Positions 24,476 through 37,433 of a stretch of DNA of 64,000 nt are shown in pieces (the first letter of the stretch is position 1; every line of letters starts with the position of its first letter). The position numbers and the translations under genes were made by a program. The notes under the pieces were generated by a model that made no database searches, was not told the origin of the DNA, and saw nothing but the letters and a program-made list of their open reading frames with translations. This DNA comes from Chiloscyllium plagiosum. Taxonomy: Eukaryota. The stretch is taken from NCBI RefSeq assembly GCF_004010195.1, contig NC_057760.1:210320-274319 (forward strand), read 5' to 3'.

Positions 24476-26309
24476 GTATGTGGAAAGATGTTTGGAAGGT
24501 GTGGGTGAGTTTTGGTAAATTTGGAAAGCATTGCTTCAGTTTACTAGAAGAATTTCCAGATAAAAGAGAACACAGCACCCTTGTCGTGTAATTATTGGGT
24601 CAGAGCAGGAAGAGAAGCTAGCATTCTTATGGCACCTTTTATACCCTGGAGACCCTTTTTTAAAGCATTTCAGAATGCATGAAAAACAGACAAAGTGTAA
24701 CTGTTGCTCTAGGAGGGTAGTGGTTTGAGTACCATAATGGCTTTGTTGGCTATGAGCAAAATTAGCCACAGCCCTTGCTCCTAATTTATTATGTAGCTGA
24801 GCTGGGAGGTGGTATTGCTGAGAAATCAAGATTAGCTGAGATATCTTTATGGGCAGCTAATGTGGCTACTCTTCCTGAATAATATATCCAGGAGGAATGG
24901 GTGAGATACTTTTTCAGTAATGGCAGGTGGTACAGGAGCTTCCCCTATAAAGAATTGGTCTCTGCAGAACAGAAAAGAGGGGAATTACAGCTATTTTGAG
25001 AGCAGGGTTTAATCATCAGTAATGTGTTCTTTATAATAGATGTAAAGAACCTTTCGTACTTGTAACAGAGTTTCATTCTTGGTACTACCCATGACCGGTT
25101 GATGAGCATGTTTTATGTGGTTATAATACACACAATACAGTGAGACAGAGGATCTAAAACTCTTTCTACCTAGGGAAATTGCAACTAAATTGTTACAATT
25201 GTTTATGTGCCAGGTTCCCTTTTGAGACATTTTCATCAGTAAGCAATGCCATTGTTCAGTGTTGACTTGAAAGTACAACCACAGGAAGGTTGGGTGAGAA
25301 CATCTGCAAAATTTTTAATAATCCTGATAGTTGGAGACAGGGTTGGTAGGCATTAAGCAATGATGACTTTTACGTATACACCATTAATGTGATGGTTTTC
25401 TGCATGTTTGCCCAACTGGCTGCTGCAGTGCAGCCTTGATTTATCATGTTAATTCTGAATTCTCCATGAACTCTAGCACAAATGGGATCTATCAAACTTC
25501 ATTTGGAAGTAACCTTGTTTGACATGACTCTGGGAGCATAATGATGTTCATTAGAAAGACTGCAGTTTTCAGAAAACCCATTATTTTAAACAGTTAATGT
25601 CATCCGCCAAGAGCTTCTCCGTAGACACAGCTAACTGAAATGTTGCACTAGTGTCCAGTAGGTTCATTTTCTAAAGTAACTCCAAGTGAGTCCTGTGGCC
25701 TATCTTTGCCACAGCATTACGTCTACTTGCCGAGATGCAATGCCTTAACATCTGCTGCCCAGCTGTGCACTTAGTAATGTCACCATCCAGATTTCAATGC
25801 CAAACCAGTTAGCTTTGGTAAGCATGTAAATATCCATATGGATTCAATGAAAAATTACCTTAAGAATGCACGTCAATGCTAAAGTGTCTTGAAGCTCAGC
25901 TATCGCAAAATCACTCTCACCTATTGAGGAAAAACTCTACAGGCTGGGGCTGTTTTCTCTAGAAAAAGGAAGATTGAGTGACCCAATAAAGGGTCTGTTG
26001 TTTGGATGGAGAGAAGCTTGGGTGGCTGTCTTATAAATAATTTGGGTTGCATTGCCTGCCAGTGCTCAGTATGCTTGTACTTAAGCTGCCAAATGAGGCC
26101 TCCCCATGTTTCTGAAACTTAACCCAGCAAGTGTGAGCACATAGGACAGGTTGTCAGGAATAGGATGAAGGTCAGGATGCAAAAAATATTCAAGCAGATT
26201 TAGAATTCTGTATTAGATTAGGAAGATGATTGGATGTGTTGGTCTGGATGACCCCATGGACTTTGAAACCTATTCATGATTGCAGATTACTGAAGCATCA
26301 TGAAGTAAT

Positions 26310-26655
26310 CATATAATCCCTACAGTATGGGAACAGACCATTCAGCCCATCGAGTCCACACCAACTTTCTGAGAAGCAGCTCACCCACAGACCCACCCCA
26401 CTACTCTGTTTCTGTAACCCTGCACTTCCCATGGCTAATTCACTTATCCTGCACATCCCTGGACACAACGGGCAATTTAGCATGGCCAAATCACCCTAAT
26501 TCTCACATGTTGGACTGTGGGAGGAAACCGGAGCACCCAGAGAAAACCCAAGCAGATGCTGGTGAACGTGCAAATTCCATGCAGTTAGTCGTCTGAGGTT
26601 GACATTGAATCCAGGTCTCTGGCACCGTGAGGCAGCTGCGCTAACCAGTGAATCA
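26310..26655 (-). mobile_element. HE1-type SINE
   Basis: Homologous to 16011-16325. Confidence 0.8.
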
Positions 26656-26677
26656 CCATTCTGTTCACAAGTCCTTT

Positions 26678-27212
26678 GGAGGAGGCCAAGGACCTGCATG
26701 TCCTTGGTGGAGTGGGAGGGAGGTCCTTGGCCGCCTCCATCACCAGAAAGGACATGCAGGTCCTTGGCCTCCTCCATCGCCAGACCCTGACCACACGACG
26801 CCTGGAGGAAGAGTGCCTCATCTTCCGCCTAGGAACCCTCCAACCACACGGGATGAATGTAGATTTCTCCAGCTTCCTCATTCCCCCCCCCCCCCCCACC
26901 TTATCTCTGTCCCAACACCTGGATTCAGCACCGCCCTCTTGACCTGCAATCTTCTTCCCGACCTCTCCGCCCCCACCCCCTCTCCGGCCTATCACCCTCA
27001 CCCTCACCACCTTCCACCTATCGTGTTCCCAGCGCCCCTCCCCCCTACCTTTTATCCCAGCCCGCTTGGCACACCAGCCACATTCCTGAAGAAGGGCTTA
27101 TGCCCGAAACGTCGATTCTCCTGCTTCTCGGATGCTGCCTGGCCTGCTGTGTTTTTCCAGCACCATATTTTTCAACTCTGGTCTCCAGCATCTGCAGTCC
27201 TCACTTTCTCCC
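26678..27212 (+). mobile_element. Penelope-like 3' end/pLTR with hammerhead motif and short 5' inversion
   Basis: RRLEEECLIFRLGTLQPHGMNVDF C-terminal motif; CTGAAGAAGGGCTTATGCCCGAAACGTC at 27086-27113. Confidence 0.8.
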
Positions 27213-27535
27213 AGTATACAGCATTTCCAGGCTTGGCATACAAAGTTTTCTCTGCTCTGATATTGTGACCCAAAAGATACTCTATGACATGCTTTTACTC
27301 CAGAAGGGCATGGGCTACTGCCTCCATGTTTTAGATTTCCCACATTTCCCAGCCCCCAGAGTGGAACTGCTGGGTTTTTTTTTGACATTGAAGCAATGTG
27401 CTCCATCCTTGTATGATGTTGCTCATTACCTGACCCTGGGATTTCTAACTCCTCAAAGTGCCACTTTGAAGGTGTTAAATCTCTGAGCACACCATAGTAT
27501 ACCCCATGTAACAGGTTCACTCATGTCCTTTGCAG

Positions 27536-27677
27536 GAAGCCATGCAGAATCAAGTGAACACAAATCCAGAGAGGACAAATTCAGTCGCTGTCGCCACACC
27601 ACAGTTCATCATTGCGCCTGCAGGAGTGATGAACCTCTCAGGACTGGTTTCTTCAACATCTACCAAAACAACCTCAG
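27536..27677 (+). CDS. GABPB2: GABPB2 coding exon 4 ([47 protein letters not shown])
   Basis: tttgcag acceptor, gtgtgt donor, 142 nt, phase 0/1; EAMQNQVN and TKTTSG as recalled for GABPB2. Confidence 0.9.
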
Positions 27678-29624
27678 GTGTGTAAAGGGCAAGTTATGGC
27701 CTCCCCTTACAAAGGCTGAATTTCAGAATGGGACAATCTGAGGTGGTTAACACTGTTGTCAGTGGGTTTGTGTGTAATCTTTTCTTTGTATTTACTGTTA
27801 CCCATCATGGCTGTGCTGAGTTGGTCATTATCACTTTTTGATATAGATGATGATTGTGTTAATTGTAGGGTCAGAGGCCTGGCTAGGGGTTAACCCTTGC
27901 TGATCTATTCGCTCTTCCTGTCCGCAAGTAGACCTTGGACCTTGCCAGGAGCTCCACTCATGCCACGTTTCCCCATGTTTGCCTCCTGTCTGGCTGTTAA
28001 CAAAGTGACCTGTTGAAATCAAACACTACCAGGCCAAGTGCAGCACTGGTTAGATGCAGAATAACTGCTATCCCCTCACCAACACAACCACCACCACCAC
28101 ATACACACCCACCCTTCGTTTCTTCATGCACTTCCACCAAGTGTAGCATGCATCATGTATAGAATAAATCTCCCTCCACACTGCCTAACAAACACACACC
28201 AAGAAAGTTGACTCAATGTGTCCGTGTTGTACTCACCCACCTAACCCATTCGGTCTGGTTGTCATGTGTTCCACGGGCTGGTTGCTCAAACCAGTGGAGG
28301 CTGTGTCGCCTATTACCACCAATTCAGTTTATCTTCCCCACCAAAACATTTGTTTGTGGTGCCCACAGACACGGTCAATGGATTGTTGTCAATGTATGAA
28401 AGTAAGCAATAAATGTAGAATCTGGATAGACAGTAATGGCTGAACCTTTTTCTAATTGGAACCCAAGCGTGTGTCTGGGTTCACCCTGCCATTCTTGTTG
28501 CAGTGGACCCAACCCCAAATGGGGGACCTCCTTTGATGCACAGAATGAAATCATCTAGCTGAGCAGGGATGAGGACACAAGTCCCTCCTTTAACTTCAGA
28601 ACCATTGCAATTCAGCTGGAAGAAGTGAGCTTTTCATTGTACTCGTGAGTACATGTGACAATAAAGCTAATTCTAATTCTGAAAGAGGAAGTTCAGAGTG
28701 CCATAACCAAGGTAGAGGATGGATGCATCAATGATTCCTTTTAAATGGGAATGTTTACATTTTTGTCATTTTGGCAATTAATAGTTCTTTTCTGCGGAAC
28801 ATCACTTTTAAGACCTAGCAGTATTAACAAGGTGAAAGAAGGACATTTTCATGTCAGTGTAACATTTCATCCATACTTTTCCCTTGAACTGAGTGGCTTG
28901 CTTGGTCATTTTAGAGGGCAATTAAGAATGAAACACATTGTGAATTTGGTGTCACATGTAGTCACAAGTTTGGCAAGGATAGCATATTTCCGCTGATGGG
29001 CATGAATGAACCAGGTGGGATTGTACAAGAATTGATAACAGACTCTCGGTCATCATTGCTGGTTCAGGTGGAATTTAAACCCATGTCTCCGGTGCGTTAG
29101 CATTGAGCTTCTGGATCACAGGTCAGTGACATCTCCTCTGCATCACTGACTCCCCTCTGTCACAGAATTGTTTTTCCATTGCAAAGTTGTCTTGATTTCC
29201 AAAAATCTTAGTGAGTCCTCTGTCACTTTTTTTTGACTTCTATCATTGTGACCCTGGTAATGTATTGTGTGTCTGTGTGTTCGTATCTGTACCTGTGAAA
29301 ATTAAACCGTATCCGCCCAATGGTTGATGCCAACTCACTGTCTTTATACCCATGTAAATCAGCATGGTCAAAGAAATAAATGCATTCTGAAGTTAGGCAG
29401 TGTCTGTGGAGAGAGAAAGCAAGTTAATGCTTCAGGTCCCATCAGAAGTGGTCAGGGATCGCAGAAGATTTGGATGGAACGGTATTACTTTCCATTCTGT
29501 GTCCTTGGTTTGGGAAAGAAAGATCGGCTTGTGTATGAGCTCATCACTGGTGTCGTTTACACAAGCTGCTTGATATGTTTACATTATAATTTTTTTTTTA
29601 GAATTTTGAGGGTTTTTATTGGCT

Positions 29625-31737
29625 AGTGGAGAGGACCCAGGGAGATGGTGAGGAAAGAGATCGATCTGAGACGGGTATAGCTGAGAAGAGAAGTGAGTCA
29701 AACAGTCAGAGCAGACAGGGACAAGGTAGGACTAATAAATTGAACTGCATTTATTTCAATGCAAGGGGCCTAACAGGGAAGGCAGATGAACTCAGGGCAT
29801 GGTTAGGAACGTGGAACTGGGATATCATAGCAATTACGGAAACATGGCTCAGGGATGGGCAGGACTGGCAGCTTAATGTTCCAGGATACAAATGCTATAG
29901 GAAGGATAGAAAGGGAGGCAAGAGAGGAGGGGGAGTGTCGTTTTTGATAAGGGATAGCATTACAGCTGTACTGAGGGAGGATATTCCTGGAAATACATCC
30001 AGGGAAGTTATTTGGGTGAACTGAGAAATAAGAAAGGGATGATCACCTTATTGGGATTGTATTATAGACCCCCGATCATCAGAGGGAAATTGAGAAACAA
30101 ACTTGGAAGGAGATCTCAGCTATCTGTCAGAACAATAGGGTGGTTATGGTAGGGGATTTTAACCTTCCCAACATAGACTGGGACTGCCATAGTGTTAAGG
30201 GTTTAGGTGGAGAGGAATTTGTTAAATATGTACAAGACAATTTTCTGATTCAGTATGTGGATGTACCTACTAGAGAAGGTGCAAAACTTGACCTACTGTT
30301 GGGAAATAAGACCGGGCATGTGACTGAAGTGTCAGTGGAGGAGCACTTTGGGGCCAGCGACCATTATTCTATTAGATTTTAAATAATGATTGAAAAGGAT
30401 AGAGCAGATCTAAAAGCTGAAGTTCTAAATTGGAGAAAGGCCAATTTTGACAGTATTAGGCAAGAACTTTCGAAAGCTGATAATGGCAGATGTTCGCAGG
30501 TAAAGGGAGGGCTGGAAAGTGGGAAGCCTTCAGAAATGAGATAACGAGAATCCAGAGAAAGTATATTCCTGTTCGGGTGAAAGGAAAGGCTGGTAGGTAT
30601 AAGGAATGCTGGATGACTAAAAAAGTTGAGAGTTTTGGTTGAGAAAAAGAAGGAAGCATAAAGATTAGATTCGATTAGATTCCCTGCAGTGTGGAAACAG
30701 GCCCTTCGGCCGAACGAGTCCACACCGACCCTCCAAAAGTCACTCCCCCCCCCCCCCCGACTAATGCACCTATAACACCATGGGCAATTCAGCATGGCCA
30801 ATTCACCTGACCTGCACATCTTTGGATTGTGGGAGGAAACCGGAGCACCCGGAGGAAACCCACGCAGACTGAGAGAATGTGCAAACTCCACGCAGACAGT
30901 TGCCCTGAGGTTGGAATCGAACCTGGGACCCTGGTGCTGTGAGGCAGCAGTGCTAACCACAGAGCCACTGAACCATAGATCGAGTGAATCCTTAGAGTAT
31001 AAAGGAAGTAGGAGTATACTTAAGAGGGAAATCAGGAGGGCAACAAGGAGACAAAGCTCCTTGAAAGTGGAGTTGCAGGTAAATAGGATAGTGAAGAAGG
31101 CGTTTGGTATGCTTTCCTTTATTGGTCAGAGTATTGAGTACAGGAATTGGGACGTCTTGTTATGGCTGTACAGGACATTGGTTAGGCCACTGTTGGAATA
31201 TTGCATGCAATTCTGGTCTCCTTCCTATCGGAAAGATGTTGTGAAACTTGAAAGGGTTCAGAAAAGATTTACAAGGATGTTGTCAGGGTTGGAGGATTTG
31301 AGCTACAGGGAGAGGCTGAACAGGCTGGGGCTGTTTTCGCTGGAGCGTCAGAGGCTGAGGGGTGACCTTATAGAGGTTCACAAAATTGAGGGGCATGCAT
31401 AGGGTAAATAGGCAAAGTCTTTTCCCTGGGGTCGGGGAGTCCAGAACTAGAGGGCATAGGTTTAGGGTGAGAGGGGAAGATATAAAAGAGACCTATGGGG
31501 CAACTTTCTCAAGCAGAGGATGGTACGTGTATGGAATGAGCTGCCAGAGGATGTGGTGGAGGCTGGTACAATTGCAGCATTTAAGAGGCATTTGGATGGG
31601 TACATGAATAGGAAAGGTTTGGAGGAATATGGGCCGGGTGCTGGCAGATGGGACTAGATTGGGTTGGGATATCTGGTCGGCATGGACGGGTTGGACCGAA
31701 GGGCCTGTTTCTGTGCTGTACATCTCTATGACTCTAT
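29625..31737 (+). mobile_element. CR1/HER1-type LINE with internal RT deletion (near 31050) and nested SINE
   Basis: CIYFNARGL, IIAITETWL, VMVGDFNLP, then a jump to KKAFGMLSFI; 3' tail ends ctctatgactctatg. Confidence 0.9.
30661..30968 (-). mobile_element. HE1-type SINE nested in CR1
   Basis: Homologous to 16011-16325. Confidence 0.85.
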
Positions 31738-32625
31738 GGTGTGCCTTATTTTGATTTGAGGCGCTGCTCACAATGATTGCTGCAGGAGTACAGTGCAAGT
31801 TATACTGTGGAGATTCAGGTGAAGTGCAGAACAATTCAGTGTTGAAAAACTAGTTGGACAATGACGTGTGGATGAGAATGTTTAAATAATCAGATTGCTT
31901 CCAATGTTTCAAAACAAAGTCTATCCAACAGCCCCTTCGAGCGTGTGAGTTCAAGATGAATGTTTCTCTTTTTTTAAGAGAAAACTATTGTCCCTTCCCC
32001 TTGTGATGGCAATTCTTGCTGATGTGAAGTTTCAAGTCTGCTTCATCTAACATGTCATTTGTCTCCTGGAAGACTAGAAGGATATTATTAGATATTTATC
32101 CACGTGGAGGGGTGTGGGGAAAGAAGAGTGAGGGTAATGTCTAGAGATCTGGATTACTCATTTGGACTTTTTTGAACTCTGCCCTCTGAGTACTGCAGCC
32201 AGTGGCTGCTCCACTAGTTCAGACCAGCAATCAACCCTGTAGCCGTCCATATCTCTTGTGGCTAAGTACAGCACTTTCTTTTTCTTGTTATCTTGAAGAG
32301 CACAGAGAGCCCAAATAGTATTCTTCTTAATAATACAGAAAAAGTTCTGTCTCCAGAGTTGGAGATAACTGGCACCGAACTGTCATTTGCAACTTCTTAA
32401 GAATAGTCTATTTACTTCGATGTAATTTTTGAACCATGGCAAAATATAAGATGGTCAAATGAATCAGTGCCCTATGCTGTTTTTGTAATACAGCATTGAA
32501 TATTTGCCACACTTTATCAAACTACATATATAAGATTTTTTTTAAAAATGAGTCTCCATAATTTCCATCCTTAGTTGCTCATGTCTTTGTTTGGTACTGA
32601 GTCTAACCCCTCGTTACCTCTGCAG

Positions 32626-32739
32626 GTGAATCTGGTGTATCCACAGTACAGTATGGTAACTCCACAACCTCAGTACTGGCTACGCTGGCTGCTTTAGCTG
32701 AAGCTTCAGGGCCACTCTCAAATTCACCCCGAAGTACAG
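32626..32739 (+). CDS. GABPB2: GABPB2 coding exon 5 ([38 protein letters not shown])
   Basis: ctgcag acceptor, gtaatt donor, 114 nt, phase 1/1; conserved [13 protein letters not shown] motif. Confidence 0.93.
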
Positions 32740-35091
32740 GTAATTTCCACAAATGTATCGTAAAGTGTGCCCTTTTTAAATATATATATGATACAAATAT
32801 ATTTGGAATATGTAAATATTCCATAAGTTTTTTAATTTAAAAGTCTGCCCCTTAACAGTTGAGAGTGCATAGTTCGAACATAAATGTGGCACAGGCAGAG
32901 TTAGGGTAGAACTAATACCACCATTGCAACTAAAACAAAACATTCTGAACAGTCATGCTATATGAACAGTTTGGAACTGACCAGTTTGCTACTGGAGGTG
33001 CCTGGGCTAAATGCAGCACATGGATCTAGTTTAGTTTGGGAAACTTAGTCAGCATGGACGAGTTGGACTGAAGGATCTGTTTCTGTGCTGTATGATTCTT
33101 TGACTCTATAAATGATCATGACAGAAATTGCAATGTTCACGAAGAATGTGGATACCGATTGTTTTAATTAGCAAAAAATTCTCTTTGCTGTGCTGCCCTA
33201 TATATTCACTCAGATCCTGGAATGAAGAGTTCAACAGCTTCTGCAGCTTGTGTTAATATATTTCTGTCACAGCGGGAGGGAAAATGATTTTCTCTCCACA
33301 ATATGACCAAACAAAAAGAAGTGAAACTCATTAAAAAATAAGGCTGGCTCCAAGGCAATTAATATTGTACCAGAACACTCCTCAGTATTTTCTTTTGTGG
33401 CTTTGTTTGCCCATAGGCTAAAATCCCAGCAATAACGTTTCTTGATGCTTGAATAAATGTTATTTACTGTACCTATTGATGTTTGTTTTATATTCGCAGT
33501 GTGTGAACTGAGGACAGGCAATGCAAATTACTGCAGAAAGATGAGGATTTCCCTGACCCTGCTGACAGGGGGTTATGATGCAAATTTTTGGTGTTGCTAG
33601 ATGTGAGACTATTTTAAGATAACAACCAACCATGATCTAATTACATGGTTTAACAGGCCCAAGGGGGCTGATTGGCCCACCCCCTCCTGTTCCCATGTTT
33701 TTCTGATAGGTTGATATAACTTGATGAACAAAACCAGACTGTAAATAGTAAACATGAGTGAAATGAAGCGGTCAGTGAAGTGGGCTCCCACTTTCCAACC
33801 ATCAACATGATTTTGCCAGTACATGGATCCCCAACTTACAAACACTCACATGTTTGAACACAATCCCATACTGGGGTATAATCTTAAAGATCCAACCCAC
33901 AAATGTTTCTGTACTTATAAACTAATATTCTATATTGTCCAGCATTGTGTTCTGACTTGTGTACAAATTAGCTTGCGAATCAAATCAAGAATGGAACCAG
34001 TTCACAACCTAGGGATTGCTTAATTCAAATTGTAATGCTATTTAGCTGGAGCCCTCGAGATCCTCCTTGTGCATTGATGACCGAGTTTATTCAATAAAGA
34101 GTACCTCTGGGACGCCTACTGGCGATGGGGGAGAGTGAAGCTTGTAGCTTTTTCAATCGGGGAAATCTTTGTCCAACGCTGGCATGTTTTTTTTAAGTTT
34201 GCAATATTACTGGTTGTGAAACTGAATGCCTGTGTGTTAAGTTAATAATTTTTGAGAAATATTTAATGAGACAGTAGCCATGGTGACTGAAGAGTTAGGA
34301 TCCCTTTGACCCTCTTCTACCATTTGATAAGTTTACAGTTGATACTTTATATAATTTTCCTCCCCGCTACCATGTCCCTTGATTCTTCTTGCATCTAAGG
34401 ATCTGTCAATCTTAGCCTTGAATATACTCAATACTGGAATAGAGAAATCGAAAGATTCTTCTGCGTTTAATAAAAGTTTCTGTGTGAAATGGCTAATTTT
34501 CTTCATTGATCTTGTGACCCTTAATTCTGGACACTCTAATCAGGGTGAAACAGCCTCTTGGCATCCACAATGTTAAATGTTTCATCACATCTCTCACTTT
34601 TCTCAAGTGCGGACAGTATACTTCATTCTGCTCTGAGACAGTCCCATAATCTCTGGTATCGGCCCAGTGAATTTTCTTGGGTCAATTTTGGGTAATTAGT
34701 CATAGCTTTTCTAGCTTTTACTTTTAATTTCTGGAAAATGTCATTGTTGCCAGTAGATGACCACTTCATTATTTTTCCCAGAATTTTGGCAGCAGCCAAA
34801 AAGTGCCTGAAAAGAGAGCTTATTTAAGGATTCAGATGGAAATTTTTTTTTTTCACTTTTCTCTTTCAGATCCTGACCAACCATTCACAGCAACTTCTAT
34901 CTTTAATACTGGTTTACTGTATTTTGCAATTTTTTTCTCAACTTATAGCACTCTTTACTAGCTCGTGCAGAAGATGAGCTCTGAGCCCACATTCTGGTAA
35001 ATGGCGAGTGTGCTATGCTGCATCCTTGAGGACGGTACTTCTGAAATTCTGGCTCTCTATTGAATGAGCTTTTATTTTCTTCTGTTTCCAG

Positions 35092-35271
35092 GTGCAACAG
35101 AGGAAGTGGTGACTGCAGACTCGGTCGACTCGGCGATTCAGCAGGTCGTAGGCAGTGGAGGTCAGAGGGTTATCACCATAGTGACGGACGGTGGGGTGCA
35201 GCTGGGTAACCTTCCAGCGGGCATTAACACTGGCCAGCCATTCATTGTGACCATGCAGGATGGACAGCAAG
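35092..35271 (+). CDS. GABPB2: GABPB2 coding exon 6 ([34 protein letters not shown]...[13 protein letters not shown])
   Basis: ttccag acceptor, gtaggc donor, 180 nt, phase 1/1; lies in ORF 35064..35327. Confidence 0.94.
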
Positions 35272-36299
35272 GTAGGCGAGGAATCATTCATATAGCAGCC
35301 AGAATTGGGTTTCATGGGTTCCCATAAATTTTGAAATAAGCTTGTTAGCCTCTCGTCCACTCTTTCTCCGTTCATTTTCCTGGCCTATTTCTCTCCCCAG
35401 CATCTGAAGGGCCTACTGTTGGAAGACACTAGCTTCTCATACGTGCCCTTTCTGGCAGTGGTCTTTAGATCACAAAAAAGTTAGATCCAGATTTTATTTT
35501 CTCCTTGCTCTTCCCTGTAAGAGTTAGGGGGTAACTACTGCCCCACTCAGTGCAGATTGACAGTCACCAGAACTGTTACAATGCAGAAGACGGCTAATTG
35601 GCCCAGTGCCACTGACTGAATGAGAACTCATCTAGTGTCATTCTCTGCCTTCTCCCAGTAACCTTGCATATTTTTTCCTTTTCAAATAACCATTCCATTA
35701 CTTTCTTGGAAGCCTCTGCCCCCACCAGATTCTCTTGCAGTGCATTTGGAACCCAAAACACTGGCTGCATGCAAAAAGAATTTTTTCATTATCACTATGT
35801 TCTTTATGAAGCCTAATGCATTTTCTCGTTCTTTATCCTTTTGAGGATTAAAACTTAAAATATTTCCTGGTCTGCTGAGCATTGGTGTCACAACATGTCC
35901 TCATTCTGCTGAGCTGTTGGACAAATAAAACTTTCCTGTTGTGTGACTGCACAGAGTCAAACACACAAATTATATTCACTGCCTCACCCAGTCCTATGTG
36001 TCATCAAGAAAGCTGATAGCTTGGTTTGGAAACAGGTCAGCCACCTTTGCATATTCACCTGGTGCCTGCGTTTACATTCGGGGAAAATCACTCTTGTACA
36101 ATGGTAGTCCTGTTCTGCAGTGTCCCTTTTGGTTTGCATGCTATGCGTTGCAGCCATAATGTCCAGAGTAAGAAATAAATCTCGGTTTTCCTTGAGTTAG
36201 GACATCTATTATAGGGTATTCCTGAATGACCCATCTGATCAGCCTTGCTGGAAAATACAAGTCCAGTGCAAGGAGTGTTTTAACCTCAGCTGACCCTTA

Positions 36300-37150
36300 G
36301 TAAGCTTGCAGATAACACAAAGATTGGCAGAGTTGAGGGTTGTGAGAAGGATTGTCAGAGGATACAGCAGGATATAGATAGTTAGAGGCATGTGCAGGAA
36401 GTTAACAGATGGAGTTTAATCCGGGCTAATGTGAGGTGATACATTTTGGAAGGTCAGGTACAGGTGGAAATTAAACAGTGAATGGCAAAACCTTTGATAA
36501 ACTGAGGGTTCCGGATGTGCAGATCCACAGCTCGCTGAAGGTGGCAGCGTAGGTAGATAAGGTAATGAAAAAGGCCTATGGCATGTTAGGCTTTCATTGG
36601 AAGGGGCATTGAGTATTAGGATAGGCAAGTTATGCTGCAGCTTTATAGAACTTTAGTTAGGCCACACTTGGTCTGGTCACCACACTGCCAGAAGAGTGTG
36701 GATGCTTTGAGAGGGTACAGAAAAGACTTACCAGAATGTTACTTGGTATGGGGGATTTTAGCCTTGAAGGAAGGTTAGATAGACTGGGTTTATTTTCACT
36801 GGAACACAGGAGGTTGAGGGGTGACCTGATAGTAGTTTACAAGATTGTGAATGGCATGGATTGAGTGGAAAGTATGAGGCTCTTCCTCCAGGGTGGAAGG
36901 TTCAGTTACGAGGGGGCACAAGTTCAAGATGCGGACGGGGAGTTTAAAAGAGATGTGCCAGTCGAGTTTTTCGTGCAAAGAGTGGGAATTGCCTGTAACA
37001 TGCTGCCAAAAGTGGTGGTGGAAGCAGACACAATAGCAGCATTTCACCAGGACGAATGCATGAATAGGAAGGGAGGAGAGGGATACGGATCCTGTAAGTG
37101 AAGACAGTTTTAGTATGGCAGGGCAACATGTGTCGGTGCAGACCTGGAGG
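36300..37150 (+). mobile_element. CR1 LINE 3' fragment
   Basis: Decayed ADDTKIG...QMEFNP..CEV.HFG...LVRPHL motifs. Confidence 0.8.
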
Positions 37151-37170
37151 GCCTGTCCTTTGCTATTTTG

Positions 37171-37375
37171 GTCAGAGTGGTGCTGGGAAAGCACAGCAGG
37201 TCAGGCAGCATCCGAGGGACAGGAAAATCAACATTTCAGGCAAAAGCCCTTCATCAGGCTTTTGTCTGAACCATTGATTTTCCTGCTCCTCAGATGCTGC
37301 CTGACCTGCTGTGCTTTTCCAGCACCACTCTGATCTAAACTCTGGTTTCCAGCATCTGCAGTCCTCACTTTTGCC
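37171..37375. mobile_element. Palindromic Penelope-pLTR-derived insert
   Basis: 14-bp TSD CCTTTGCTATTTTG at 37157-70 and 37376-89; two inverted arms of about 75 bp. Confidence 0.8.
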
Positions 37376-37433
37376 CCTTTGCTATTTTGTTCTTTGTTCT
37401 CAGCTGTGATGCCTTTTTAATCAAGTAGTATGC

